Source: Gammaproteobacteria bacterium
Lineage (GTDB): Bacteria > Pseudomonadota > Gammaproteobacteria > Steroidobacterales > Rariloculaceae
Assembly (NCBI GenBank): GCA_017577365.2
Contig: PKRJ02000002.1
Location: 5,921 to 69,920 of the forward strand
Length of the DNA: 64,000 bases
Direction of reading: 5' to 3'
Shown here one piece after another: positions 21,219 through 30,630 of the stretch. The notes beneath the pieces are model-generated. The model was not told the DNA's origin and ran no database searches. It worked only from the letters and a program-made list of their open reading frames with translations. A program made the translations under genes and the position numbers. Numbering within the stretch: position 1 is the first letter of the stretch; every line of letters starts with the position of its first letter.

Positions 21219-22748
21219 ATGACGATCTACAGCAAACAGCGTGCCAGACGAGCGGTCTTCCATACGCTCGCCCTGCGCCCGCCGGGCCAGATCGCGACGG
21301 TCGTCGGCTACGTGCTCCTCGTCAGGCTGCTGAGCGAAGCCGAATACGGGATCTACAACCTGTTCTACGCGCTGTTGCCGCTCCTCGCTTCCGGTGCGTC
21401 GTTCGGGCTCGAGCACACGCTCCGGCGCTATCAGCCGGAGTACCTCAAGGCCGGGGAGCACCGCCTCGCGGATCTCCTCGTGCGGCGGATCGGACTGCTC
21501 AGGCTCGCCTCGACCGCGGCCGTGCTGGGGCTGGTGTACGCGTTCTGGGCGGACCTCGCGCCGATCTTCAAGATCGAAGACTACCGTTCGCTGTTCCTGC
21601 TGTTCGCCGTCATCGCGCTGACGCACTTTCAGTGCTCGATCCTCACGATCGCGCTGTCGTCGCATCTGCTCCAGAAGCACAGCATGGGCGTGCAAGCGGC
21701 ATTCGCGGTGCTCAAAGCCGTCGCGTACGCCGCGGTCGGATACGGATGGGGCCTCGACCTCCGGCTCGTATTCTGGATCGACCTCGCGGCGTATCTCGTC
21801 CTTTACGCCGGTATGAAGTACTACTACGTGACGTGCGCGGAGCGATCGCGCGGCGCGCAAGAGGGCCTGCCTCGCAGCGAGCGCTGGCGGCTCTTCAAGT
21901 ACGGGTTCTTCTACAATTTCAACGACGCGGGCACGCTGCCGCTTCAGACCCGCACGGACAATTTCTTCATCGTCTACTACTTGGACCCGGTCGCCGTCGG
22001 CGCGTACTCGTTCGCGACCCGTTTGAGCACGATGATCTATAGAGTCACGCCGCTCAAGTTCCTCGAGTCGGTCGTGCGTCCCCTGTTCTTCTCCCTCGAC
22101 TATCGTGCGAACGCCGAGCGCGTCAAGAGCTACTTCACGCTGCTGATGAACGCGTCGCTGCTCTTCATGGTCCCCATCGCGCTCTTCGTCGCGTGCTTTC
22201 ACCGGCCGCTCGTCGACGTGGTGTTCGCGGGCAGGTTTCTCGAATACTCGCCTCTCCTCACGATCGTGTTCGCGTTCGCGGCATTGAACGCGATCGACGT
22301 GCCGGTCACGCTGGTCGCGCAGCTGAAGGAAAAGGCGCACGTGCTCCTCGCGAGCAAGATCTTCGGGCTCTACAACATCGCCGGCCTGGTCGTGCTGATT
22401 CCGATGCTGGGAATCGCGGGCGCGATGCTCGCGTCCGGCAGCGCCGTGCTGATGAAGAATCTCTTCATCTGGTGGTTCGTGCGAGATATCGCCGTCTGGA
22501 AAGACGCTTCCCGTTTCCTCGGCGTGACGTTGCTCATCTGGCTGCCGTTCGTCGGCGCCGCGGCGCTCGTGCGCCTTCTCGAAACCCCGCCGCTCGCCGA
22601 GCTCGTGATCGGCGCGGGAGTCTGGGCAGCGTTCTTCGGAGCGTACGTGCGTTTCGGCGCGCTGTCCGCCGAGCAGCGCAAGCTGATCTCGACGCTCTTC
22701 CCGGGCCGCGAGACGAAGCTCTTGAGGGCGTTCGGCTTCGTGCACTGA
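21219..22748 (+). CDS. Wzx-type oligosaccharide flippase (MOP superfamily)
   Basis: About 12-14 TM segments, RLLSEAEYGIY and VGAYSFA motifs, glycan-locus context. Confidence 0.8.
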   Translation: MTIYSKQRARRAVFHTLALRPPGQIATVVGYVLLVRLLSEAEYGIYNLFYALLPLLASGASFGLEHTLRRYQPEYLKAGEHRLADLLVRRIGLLRLASTAAVLGLVYAFWADLAPIFKIEDYRSLFLLFAVIALTHFQCSILTIALSSHLLQKHSMGVQAAFAVLKAVAYAAVGYGWGLDLRLVFWIDLAAYLVLYAGMKYYYVTCAERSRGAQEGLPRSERWRLFKYGFFYNFNDAGTLPLQTRTDNFFIVYYLDPVAVGAYSFATRLSTMIYRVTPLKFLESVVRPLFFSLDYRANAERVKSYFTLLMNASLLFMVPIALFVACFHRPLVDVVFAGRFLEYSPLLTIVFAFAALNAIDVPVTLVAQLKEKAHVLLASKIFGLYNIAGLVVLIPMLGIAGAMLASGSAVLMKNLFIWWFVRDIAVWKDASRFLGVTLLIWLPFVGAAALVRLLETPPLAELVIGAGVWAAFFGAYVRFGALSAEQRKLISTLFPGRETKLLRAFGFVH

Positions 22749-22820
22749 CCTCGCCCGCGCCCCGCGAGCCTTCGCGCAGCGAGCGCTGCGCGGGCGCCCG
22801 GCGCCCGGCGTCGTCGAAGT

Positions 22821-22836
22821 TGGCCCGCGTTTCGCA
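22821..22836 (+). promoter_or_regulatory. Probable sigma54 promoter
   Basis: TGGCCC-GCGTT-TCGCA with GG-N10-GC spacing, upstream of the sulfotransferase. Confidence 0.55.
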
Positions 22837-22862
22837 AGGCGAGCGGTCCGGAGAAGGAGCTC

Positions 22863-23699
22863 ATGCGGGGGGCGGTGATGGACGACCGCAACGTCATCTG
22901 GCGCGGGCCTCGAGTCCACACGTGGGCGGAGTTCTCGCGTGTCGTCAAGCGGCCGGGCCGGCGGCTGCTCGCGCGGATCGACTCGTTCTCTCGGCCGATA
23001 CTCATCGCCGGCTGTCAGCGCTCGGGGACCACGGCCGTCGCGCGGCTCGTATCGAGCGCCGACGGCATGGGCGATTTCCGCTTCGGCGACGACGACGAGC
23101 TCGACGCGGCGCTGATCCTCGCGGGTCAAGTCGAGACGGCCGCGCGAGGCCGGCTCGCGTTCCAGACGACGTATCTCAACGATCGGTTCCGCGAATACTT
23201 CGAGCACGACGACTTCCGCCTCGTCTGGGTCGTCCGCGAGCCGTTGTCGGTGGTGCGCTCGATGCTGCACCACTGGCGGCGCGCCGCCCTGAATCGCCTC
23301 TACGTCGCGTGCGGCGCGCCGGCCGTGCCTCGCGCGGGCAACATGCGGGCCCGCACGCCGCGGTCGCTGTTCCCGCCGTCGCGCCTCGAGAAGGCGTGCG
23401 CGTCGTACGTCGGCAAGGTCGGACAGACCTTCGAGCTCGTCGAGCGGCTCGCGCCGGAGCGCATGATCGTCGTCGACTACGACGAGCTCGTGTTGCACAA
23501 GGAAGCGCTCCTCCCGGCCGTCTTCGAGTTTCTCGATCTGCCCTACCGTCCGGAGCTCGGGGGACTCCTGCACGCGCGGAGCGTGAACAAAGGCCGGCTG
23601 TTGCCGGCCGCGCAGGCCGCGTACGTCGAAGAGACGTGCCGAAACGTCTACGAGCGCGCCCGCGAGGCGCGGCTTCGAGCTCGGGAGGCCGCGGCATGA
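22863..23699 (+). CDS. PAPS-dependent sulfotransferase
   Basis: 5'-PSB loop IAGCQRSGTT; VVREP; VDYDEL. Confidence 0.78.
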   Translation: MRGAVMDDRNVIWRGPRVHTWAEFSRVVKRPGRRLLARIDSFSRPILIAGCQRSGTTAVARLVSSADGMGDFRFGDDDELDAALILAGQVETAARGRLAFQTTYLNDRFREYFEHDDFRLVWVVREPLSVVRSMLHHWRRAALNRLYVACGAPAVPRAGNMRARTPRSLFPPSRLEKACASYVGKVGQTFELVERLAPERMIVVDYDELVLHKEALLPAVFEFLDLPYRPELGGLLHARSVNKGRLLPAAQAAYVEETCRNVYERAREARLRAREAAA

Positions 23700-24988
23700 A
23701 CGCCGAACGAGCGAGACTCCGGCTGCTGTTGATGACGTCGGACATGTTCCCGCCGTTCCGCCCGGCCGCGAAAGCGATCTTCGGCGACGAGTTCGCGGCG
23801 CGCGGCCACGTCGTCGACTGGCTGCTGCGCCCCGATCCCCGTCATGACAGCCGCGGCGGCGCGCGGCCTTTCGGCCTCGGCGTCGCGTACGTCGCCGACA
23901 CGGATCCCGGGAGAGCACGCCGCCATCGGTTCCGCAAGCACTGGCTCGCGTTCGTCAACGACCTGCGCACGTTCGCGCTGCTCGAGAAAGGCGACTACGA
24001 CCTGGTTCAGGTGAAGGACAAATACTTGGGCGCGCTGGTCGCGATCGCGGCGTGCAAGCTGCACGACGTGCCGTTCTTCTACTGGATCGCGTTTCCGCAT
24101 TCGGAGTCCGCGCTATACAACGCGCGGCGAGCCTTCGCACGATACCGCTGGCTGTATCTGCTCCGCGGCGCGTTGCAGAAGACGATCCTCCACCGCGTGA
24201 TCCTGCCGAGCGCCCGGCACGTGTTCGTGCAGAGCGAGCAGATGCGTCGGGACATGGCGGCCGAGGGCGTTCCCATCGAGAAGATGACGCCGGTGCCTAG
24301 CTCTCTGAACCTCGCGCGGCTCGACGCGAGCGTCGGCGTCGGCGTCGACAAGCCTTCGAACGAACGCTGGATCGTCTACCTCGGCACGCTGCTGCGCCAA
24401 CGGCAGCTCGAGTTCCTCGTGCGCGTGCTCGCGCGAGTCGTGGAGCGCGAGCCGCGCGCAAGGCTGCTCTTCGTGGGCAAGGGCGGCATGGCCGGGGACG
24501 AGCGCGCGCTGACCGACGAGGCGCGCCGTCTCGGCGTCGAGCACGCGGTCACGATCACCGGCTGGCTCGACGAACCGCGCGCGTGGGACTACGTCCGCGC
24601 GGCGGACGTCTGCGTATCGCCCTATGCGCCGATTCCGCTGCTCTTGTCGACGTCGCCGACGAAGCTCATCGAGTACATGGCGCTCGGGCGTCCGGTCGTC
24701 GCCAGCACGCATCCCGAGCAAACGCCGATCCTGCGCGACAGCGGCGCGGGGCTTCTCGCGGATTGGGACGAAGACGAGTTCGCGGTCGCGATCCTGCACG
24801 TGCTCGCGCATCCGGACGAGGCGGCGGAGATGGGCCGAGCGGGGCGTCGGTTCGTCGAGCGATTCCGCACGCACCGCCGCATGGCGGACCTCGTCGAGGA
24901 AACCTATTTTCGGGTGCTTTCGACCGATCAGCCGGGCACGGCCGGTTTCAAGCGCGGACGGCCATCGCTGCGCAACGTGGTGCGATAG
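23696..24988 (+). CDS. Glycosyltransferase family 4
   Basis: SPTKLIEYMALGRPVV motif; ATGA overlap with the sulfotransferase. Confidence 0.88.
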   Translation: MNAERARLRLLLMTSDMFPPFRPAAKAIFGDEFAARGHVVDWLLRPDPRHDSRGGARPFGLGVAYVADTDPGRARRHRFRKHWLAFVNDLRTFALLEKGDYDLVQVKDKYLGALVAIAACKLHDVPFFYWIAFPHSESALYNARRAFARYRWLYLLRGALQKTILHRVILPSARHVFVQSEQMRRDMAAEGVPIEKMTPVPSSLNLARLDASVGVGVDKPSNERWIVYLGTLLRQRQLEFLVRVLARVVEREPRARLLFVGKGGMAGDERALTDEARRLGVEHAVTITGWLDEPRAWDYVRAADVCVSPYAPIPLLLSTSPTKLIEYMALGRPVVASTHPEQTPILRDSGAGLLADWDEDEFAVAILHVLAHPDEAAEMGRAGRRFVERFRTHRRMADLVEETYFRVLSTDQPGTAGFKRGRPSLRNVVR

Positions 24989-26046
24989 ACCTCGACGAGC
25001 CGATCGAGAAGCGCATCCAGCTCGAAATGCTTCTCCATCAGCTCGCGGCTGCGCCGTCCCATGCGATCGCGCAGCCCAGCATCGAGCACGAGCCTGCGCA
25101 GACGATCGTGGAGCGCGTCGATATCGCCCGGCGCGACGAGATAGCCGTTGTGGCCGTCGATGACCGCTTCGGGGATCCCCCCGACCGGCGTCGAGACGAT
25201 CGGCGCGCCGGCGGCCATCGCCTCGACGATCGACGCGGGCAGCCCCTCGTGATACGACGGCAACACGTAGATATCCGTTCTGTTGAACACGTCGAGCTTG
25301 TCCGCCCCCGCGAGCCAGCCGGTCACCGTGACCCGCCCTTCGAGGCCGTCGCGCGCGACGATCCGCCGCGCCTTCTCCGTCTCGCCGTCGCCGCCGAGGA
25401 TGAGGCGCACGTTCGGCACCTCGCCCGCGAGCCGCCTGAACGCCTCGAGCAGATCCCACGTCCCTTTGCGATCGCCGAGGCGTCCCATGAACGAGATCAC
25501 GATCTCTTCGCCGTTGCTCGCGCGCGGCCCGAACATCGCCTTCGTCGCGCCGTTGTGCAGGATGTGCACGTTCGGATTCGACGAGATGCCGTGCACGAAA
25601 TCGCGCCATGCCGCGGAAAGAACGATCACGGCGTCGGCGCGATCGAGAACCCGGCGGATCAGCCGCACGCGGCGTCGCGATCCGTGCGCGTAGAACTCCA
25701 TGAAGCGCGAGCCGTGCAGGTGCACGACGGTCTTGAGCCTTCTGAGCCGCGCGGCCTCGAGGATCCCGAGCTTGCGGTAGAAGCTCGCGCCGGTCGACAA
25801 GTGCACGTGCACGATATCGACCGTCCGCGTCAGGGCTTCGCGCGCGAACGACGCATACGCGCGCGCGCAGCTTCCGAGCTTTCGTGCCGGGCGATCCGCG
25901 TCGCGGCCGTCGAGCGTCGCGATATAGCGAAGCGTGACGCGCTCGTCGAGCCCGGCCGCGAGCCAATGGTTCACGACCGCCGAGATCCCCCCGGCGACGT
26001 CGAGCCCCGGTCCGACCATGAGCACGTTCAACCGCTCGTCCGTCAC
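24928..26046 (-). CDS. Glycosyltransferase family 4
   Basis: GGIS, HLHG and LPSYHEGLPASIVEAMAAG motifs; GTG start inferred. Confidence 0.88.
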   Translation of the reverse strand: MTDERLNVLMVGPGLDVAGGISAVVNHWLAAGLDERVTLRYIATLDGRDADRPARKLGSCARAYASFAREALTRTVDIVHVHLSTGASFYRKLGILEAARLRRLKTVVHLHGSRFMEFYAHGSRRRVRLIRRVLDRADAVIVLSAAWRDFVHGISSNPNVHILHNGATKAMFGPRASNGEEIVISFMGRLGDRKGTWDLLEAFRRLAGEVPNVRLILGGDGETEKARRIVARDGLEGRVTVTGWLAGADKLDVFNRTDIYVLPSYHEGLPASIVEAMAAGAPIVSTPVGGIPEAVIDGHNGYLVAPGDIDALHDRLRRLVLDAGLRDRMGRRSRELMEKHFELDALLDRLVEVYRTTLRSDGRPRLKPAVPG

Positions 26047-26264
26047 GCCGCATCCGTTTCGAAGCTTCGTCCCGCGGCCTATCCAAGAATCGCGCCGTGC
26101 CGTCGCGCGCCGCGCGACACCGGCTTGCCGACCCGGTCCACGCGACGCGAGGACCACCACCGTCGTCGCAAGAGACGCGAGCGATCCCAAGATTTGCAAT
26201 CGAGCCGGCGTGCCGCGCTCGGCCCGGCCCATGGGCGAGGACCCGCGTGTCGGTTCAGGCGCCG

Positions 26265-26280
26265 TGGCACCCGCCTTGCA
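26265..26280 (+). promoter_or_regulatory. sigma54 promoter of the second sulfotransferase operon
   Basis: TGGCAC-CCGCC-TTGCA, a perfect consensus 28 bp before ATG 26309. Confidence 0.75.
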
Positions 26281-26308
26281 TTCGCCGTGCAACGACGAGA
26301 TCGACTCG

Positions 26309-27337
26309 ATGACCGACGGAGCACCACGGATGCGGACCGATGGAGCCAATTGGGAAGGACCGCTTTTCGTCATCGGCATGCCGCGCTCCGGCACGAAGCT
26401 CTTGCGCAATCTTCTCGATCGCCACCCGCGCATCCGGATCCTGCCGTGGGAAACGGACTTCTTGCCGTTCATCGATGCATGGGTCGCGTCGCGGGGAGAG
26501 CCGCGGACCGAAGCCGAGCTCGCGCGGCTCGCGAGCGCCTTGCGCAAGTCGCCGTACTTCGACTATCGGCAAAAGGCGCGCGGACCGCTCTCGGTCGAGC
26601 TCTGGCATAGGGCGTGCCGCGGCAGGTTCGACGCCGCCGGCTTGTTCGAGGGGTTCGTGCGCGCGGAGCTCGAGGCGGAGCCGGGCTCCGGCGTCATCTG
26701 GGGCGACAAGACGCCCGGCTATGTCGAGCACGTCGACACGCTCACACGCCTGTTTCCCCGCGCACGGCTGATCCACATCGTCCGCGACGTGCGCGACTAC
26801 TGTCTCTCGATGCGCGAAAGTTTCGGCAAGGACATGCGTCGCGCGGCGCACCGTTGGAACGATGCGATGCTGCGCATCGCCGAGCTCGTCGAACGAGGCA
26901 CGCCGGCGCTCGCGTGCGTGCATTACGAGGCGTTGCTGACCGATCCGTCCGCCGAGCTCGGTCGATTGTGCAACCACCTCGGCGTCGAGTTCACCGAATC
27001 GATGCTCGCGCTAGACCGGCCCGTGGAGAATCACGGCTCGACGAAGGGGCGAACCGGCATCGTCTCGACGAATCTCGGCCGCTGGCGGCGTGCGCTCGAG
27101 CCGCGCATGGTCCGCGAGATCGAGTCGATCGCGTGGGACGCGATGCACGCGCTCGGCTACGAGCCGGAGCTCGCACGCGGCCCCCGGAGCCTCAACCGCC
27201 CCGTGCTCGAGCTGCTGCGCGTGAAGGACGGTCTCACGCTGATCACGCGAGACGTCGAGAAGCGCGGGCTGGTGCGCTCCGCAGCCGTCTACCTCGGCCA
27301 CTATCTGATCAGAAGACGCCCGGAGGCGGCCCCATGA
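26309..27337 (+). CDS. PAPS-dependent sulfotransferase
   Basis: VIGMPRSGTKLL, WGDKTP, IHIVRDVRD and HYEALL motifs. Confidence 0.9.
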   Translation: MTDGAPRMRTDGANWEGPLFVIGMPRSGTKLLRNLLDRHPRIRILPWETDFLPFIDAWVASRGEPRTEAELARLASALRKSPYFDYRQKARGPLSVELWHRACRGRFDAAGLFEGFVRAELEAEPGSGVIWGDKTPGYVEHVDTLTRLFPRARLIHIVRDVRDYCLSMRESFGKDMRRAAHRWNDAMLRIAELVERGTPALACVHYEALLTDPSAELGRLCNHLGVEFTESMLALDRPVENHGSTKGRTGIVSTNLGRWRRALEPRMVREIESIAWDAMHALGYEPELARGPRSLNRPVLELLRVKDGLTLITRDVEKRGLVRSAAVYLGHYLIRRRPEAAP

Positions 27338-28587
27338 CGGAGACCGAGGACGACGCGCGGACCGCCGCCTCGAGCGGCGCAGTTTCGAACGCGGACGGCG
27401 CGGTGGTCGCGGAGCGGCGGCGGACTCGGATCGCGCTCGTCATCGACTCGCACTGGGAAGCGCTGATGGGAGGCGCGCAGTATCAAGCGCGATGCCTGCT
27501 CGAGCTCCTCCGCCCGCGCCGCGACGTCGAGATCCTTTTCGTGACTCGTAACGCGCCGGAAAACCGCGAGCGCGACGGTTATCGCATCGTCACGTTCGGC
27601 TCGAGCGGCAACCAGGGCCGACTGCGAATGCTGCTCGACCTGCCTTCGCTCGTGCGTACGCTGCGCGAGCTCGAGCCCGACGTCGTCTACCAGCGATGTC
27701 TGATGCCGTTCACCGGTGCCTGCGCCTGGTACTGCCGCGGACACGGCGCGAAGCTCGTCTATCACGTGGCCTCGGATCGCGACGTGGAGAAGGCGGTGCC
27801 ATTCGAGTGGAGCCGCTATGGGCTCGTGAAATGGGTCGCGCGGCGAGTCGGTCTCTACGGCATGCGCCGCGCCGACGCGATCGTCGCTCAGACGGAGCAG
27901 CAGGCGCGCATGCTCAAATCCGCGCACGGGCTCGACGCGACGCTCGTCGTGCGCAACTTCCAGCCGATTCCGGATCTGTGCCGGTCCGCCGAGGAGCCCG
28001 CGCGCGTGCGGGTCGTTTGGATCGCGAACTTCAAGCCGCTGAAGCGCCCCGAGGTCTTCGTCGATCTCGCCGAGGCGCTCTCGCACCGCGACGACGTCGA
28101 GTTCGTGATGATCGGTCGGCCGGGGCCGCGAGCGCGTTTCGGTGCGCTGCACGAGCGGATCGCGCGGCTTTCGAACCTGCGCTATCTCGGCGAGCTGCCG
28201 ATCGAGCAGGTCGAGCGGGAGCTCGAGGCGAGCGACTTGCTCGTGAATACGAGCCTGTGGGAGGGATTCCCGAATACGTTCATCCAGGCATGGCTACGCG
28301 GCGTGCCGGTCGTGAGCTGCTTCGTCGATCCCGACGGCTGCCTGTCGCGCGGCGGCGCGGGCGTCTTCGTCGGCAGCGACGAGCGGCTCGTCGACGCCGT
28401 CGCCTCGCTGCTCCACGACCGCACGCGCCTTCGCGAGCTCGGCCGCGCGGCGCGGGCCTACGCCGTCCGCCATCATTCGCCGGAGAGCGCCCTGCCGCTC
28501 GTCGAGTTGCTCACCGCACCCGAGCGGCTCCGCAAGAACGCGTTGGAACCCGTTCTGGCGAATCGAGTCGGAGCGAAAGTCCGCTGA
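27334..28587 (+). CDS. Glycosyltransferase family 4
   Basis: GGAQ, KRPE and EGFPNTFIQAW motifs. Confidence 0.88.
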   Translation: MTETEDDARTAASSGAVSNADGAVVAERRRTRIALVIDSHWEALMGGAQYQARCLLELLRPRRDVEILFVTRNAPENRERDGYRIVTFGSSGNQGRLRMLLDLPSLVRTLRELEPDVVYQRCLMPFTGACAWYCRGHGAKLVYHVASDRDVEKAVPFEWSRYGLVKWVARRVGLYGMRRADAIVAQTEQQARMLKSAHGLDATLVVRNFQPIPDLCRSAEEPARVRVVWIANFKPLKRPEVFVDLAEALSHRDDVEFVMIGRPGPRARFGALHERIARLSNLRYLGELPIEQVERELEASDLLVNTSLWEGFPNTFIQAWLRGVPVVSCFVDPDGCLSRGGAGVFVGSDERLVDAVASLLHDRTRLRELGRAARAYAVRHHSPESALPLVELLTAPERLRKNALEPVLANRVGAKVR

Positions 28588-28926
28588 GAATTCGCAGCGA
28601 GCCGGTGTAGGGCGGGCTCGCCCTACCAGCCCGGCCGCCAACGTCATTCTGCGCGCGTCGTCTCGCGCGCAGCGCAGAACCGTCGCCGATTGCGTACAGT
28701 TTTCAGGATGGTATTCGGCGTGATAGGGTTGCCGCCTCCCGCGGGGGCCTGGCGCGAAATGCGCCGAATCCGAGAAACGCGGCATGACGCGCCGCGATGA
28801 AAGCCGCTTCATACGGCTCGAACCCGAGCTCGCGGAGCCGAAGTCGCCGAGATCCGCACGGCGAACGTCCGAGATCGTTGCGCTCCGCGCTCGCGAACCC
28901 GCGCCGAAGCCCACGGAGAAGTCACG

Positions 28927-30609
28927 ATGCCGAAGCCGATGCGCACCGCATTCTCGTTGCTCTTCACGATCACGCTCGCCTTCTGCGCCTCGCTGGCGTC
29001 CGCGGCCGACTACTACGTTTCACCGCAAGGCAACGACGACAACGACGGCACGAGCGCATCCGCGCCGTGGCGCACGATCGCCAAAGCGAACCGTTCGGTT
29101 CGACCCGGCGACGTCGTGCATCTGCTCGGTGGGAAATACGTCAACGACCCGATCCGTCCGGAGCAAAGCGGCACGCCGGAGGCGCCGATTCGCTATCGGG
29201 CCTACGGCGACGGCGAACCGGTGCTGACGTCCGACGAGCCGCGAGGGCTCGAGATCGCGATCGACCTCCGCAATCGCTCGCACATCAGGATCGAAGGCAT
29301 CCACGTCGACGGCGTCGAGGGACATCCGAAGGCGCGCGTGCAGCATTTCGTGGAGATCGAGAAGGGCAGCTACAACACGATCGCGGGCTCGTCGTTCCGC
29401 TACGCGTACGGGTGGCACGGCATCCGCATCGGCGAAGGCTCGCACAACAACAAGCTGGTCAACAACGTCATCGACTTCGTCGGCGTGTTTCGGGACGAGA
29501 ACGGCCAGGACTACGGGGACAGCATCCAAATCAACGGCGGCGCGACCAGCAATCTGCTCCAGGGCAACGTCGTGACGCGCGGCGCGCACAACCTGCTGCA
29601 GGTCAAGGGCGACCGCAACGTGATTCGCCGCAACGTTTTCGACAACGACTGGTCCGCGGTCGCGGGCAAGGGCGCCGGCGGACGCAACCTGTCGCTGATG
29701 GGCCGAAGCAACCTGTTCGAGGAGAACATCGTCCGGAACGCCGGTCGCTCCGCCGACGTGCCGAGCAACGCCGGCATGAAAACCGAGGGCGAGCGCAACA
29801 TCGTGCGGCGCAATCTCATCTACGCGAACAGCAAGGAAGGCATCACGTCGGAAAGCCGTAGCGGCTCGAAGATCGCGAGAGACAATCGAATCTATCACAA
29901 CACCTTCTACGGCAACGGCGGGCCGGCATGGGGACTCGTCTTCTACGAGGGCGGCGAAGGCGTGACCGGCAACGTCTTCAAGAACAACATCGTGTACGGC
30001 AACCGCCGCGATCCGAGCATTACCGAAGGCGATCTCCTGTTTCGGCTCGAGTCGAATCCGTCCGGCGAAGTGGGCCAGTCGATCATCGAAGGCAATCTGA
30101 TCGCCAAGAGCTCGGGGAACGACGCGACGATCGAGCTGCGCGGCGTCGGTGCCGCGCTCGACCTCGCCGAGGCGGAGAAGCGCTTCGACGCGCATTTCCG
30201 CGGCAATATCGAGGCCGAGCCGATCTTCGCCTCGCCGGATCCGCAAGAGCCGCAGGACTTCGCGCTGCAGCCGGGAAGCCCCGGCATCGACGCCGCGGTT
30301 CCGCTCACGTACACGCGTGCGGGCGGCTCGGGCAAAGTCGTCCCGATCGAGGATCCGGCGTATTTCACCGACGGCTTCGGCGTGACGCTCGGCGACGTGA
30401 TCCGCATCGGCAAGAGCCGTCCCACGCGCGTCATGAAGGTCGACTACGAGGCGAGCACGCTGACGCTCGCGGACCCCGTGCAGTGGTCGCAAGGCGAGCC
30501 GGTCACGCTCGACTATCGCGGCTCCGGACCCGATATCGGCGCGGTCGAAAGCGGTCTGGAGTTTCGCCGTCCGAAGTCGCCGGGCGGCGTGACGGCATGG
30601 ATACGCTGA
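28927..30609 (+). CDS. Secreted right-handed parallel beta-helix protein (polysaccharide lyase-like)
   Basis: Signal peptide; YYVSPQGNDDNDGTSASAPWRTI; Asn-ladder repeats; LQPGSPGIDA and PDIGAVE. Confidence 0.8.
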   Translation: MPKPMRTAFSLLFTITLAFCASLASAADYYVSPQGNDDNDGTSASAPWRTIAKANRSVRPGDVVHLLGGKYVNDPIRPEQSGTPEAPIRYRAYGDGEPVLTSDEPRGLEIAIDLRNRSHIRIEGIHVDGVEGHPKARVQHFVEIEKGSYNTIAGSSFRYAYGWHGIRIGEGSHNNKLVNNVIDFVGVFRDENGQDYGDSIQINGGATSNLLQGNVVTRGAHNLLQVKGDRNVIRRNVFDNDWSAVAGKGAGGRNLSLMGRSNLFEENIVRNAGRSADVPSNAGMKTEGERNIVRRNLIYANSKEGITSESRSGSKIARDNRIYHNTFYGNGGPAWGLVFYEGGEGVTGNVFKNNIVYGNRRDPSITEGDLLFRLESNPSGEVGQSIIEGNLIAKSSGNDATIELRGVGAALDLAEAEKRFDAHFRGNIEAEPIFASPDPQEPQDFALQPGSPGIDAAVPLTYTRAGGSGKVVPIEDPAYFTDGFGVTLGDVIRIGKSRPTRVMKVDYEASTLTLADPVQWSQGEPVTLDYRGSGPDIGAVESGLEFRRPKSPGGVTAWIR

Positions 30610-30630
30610 CCGTCGCTCGGCCGTGCGGCG

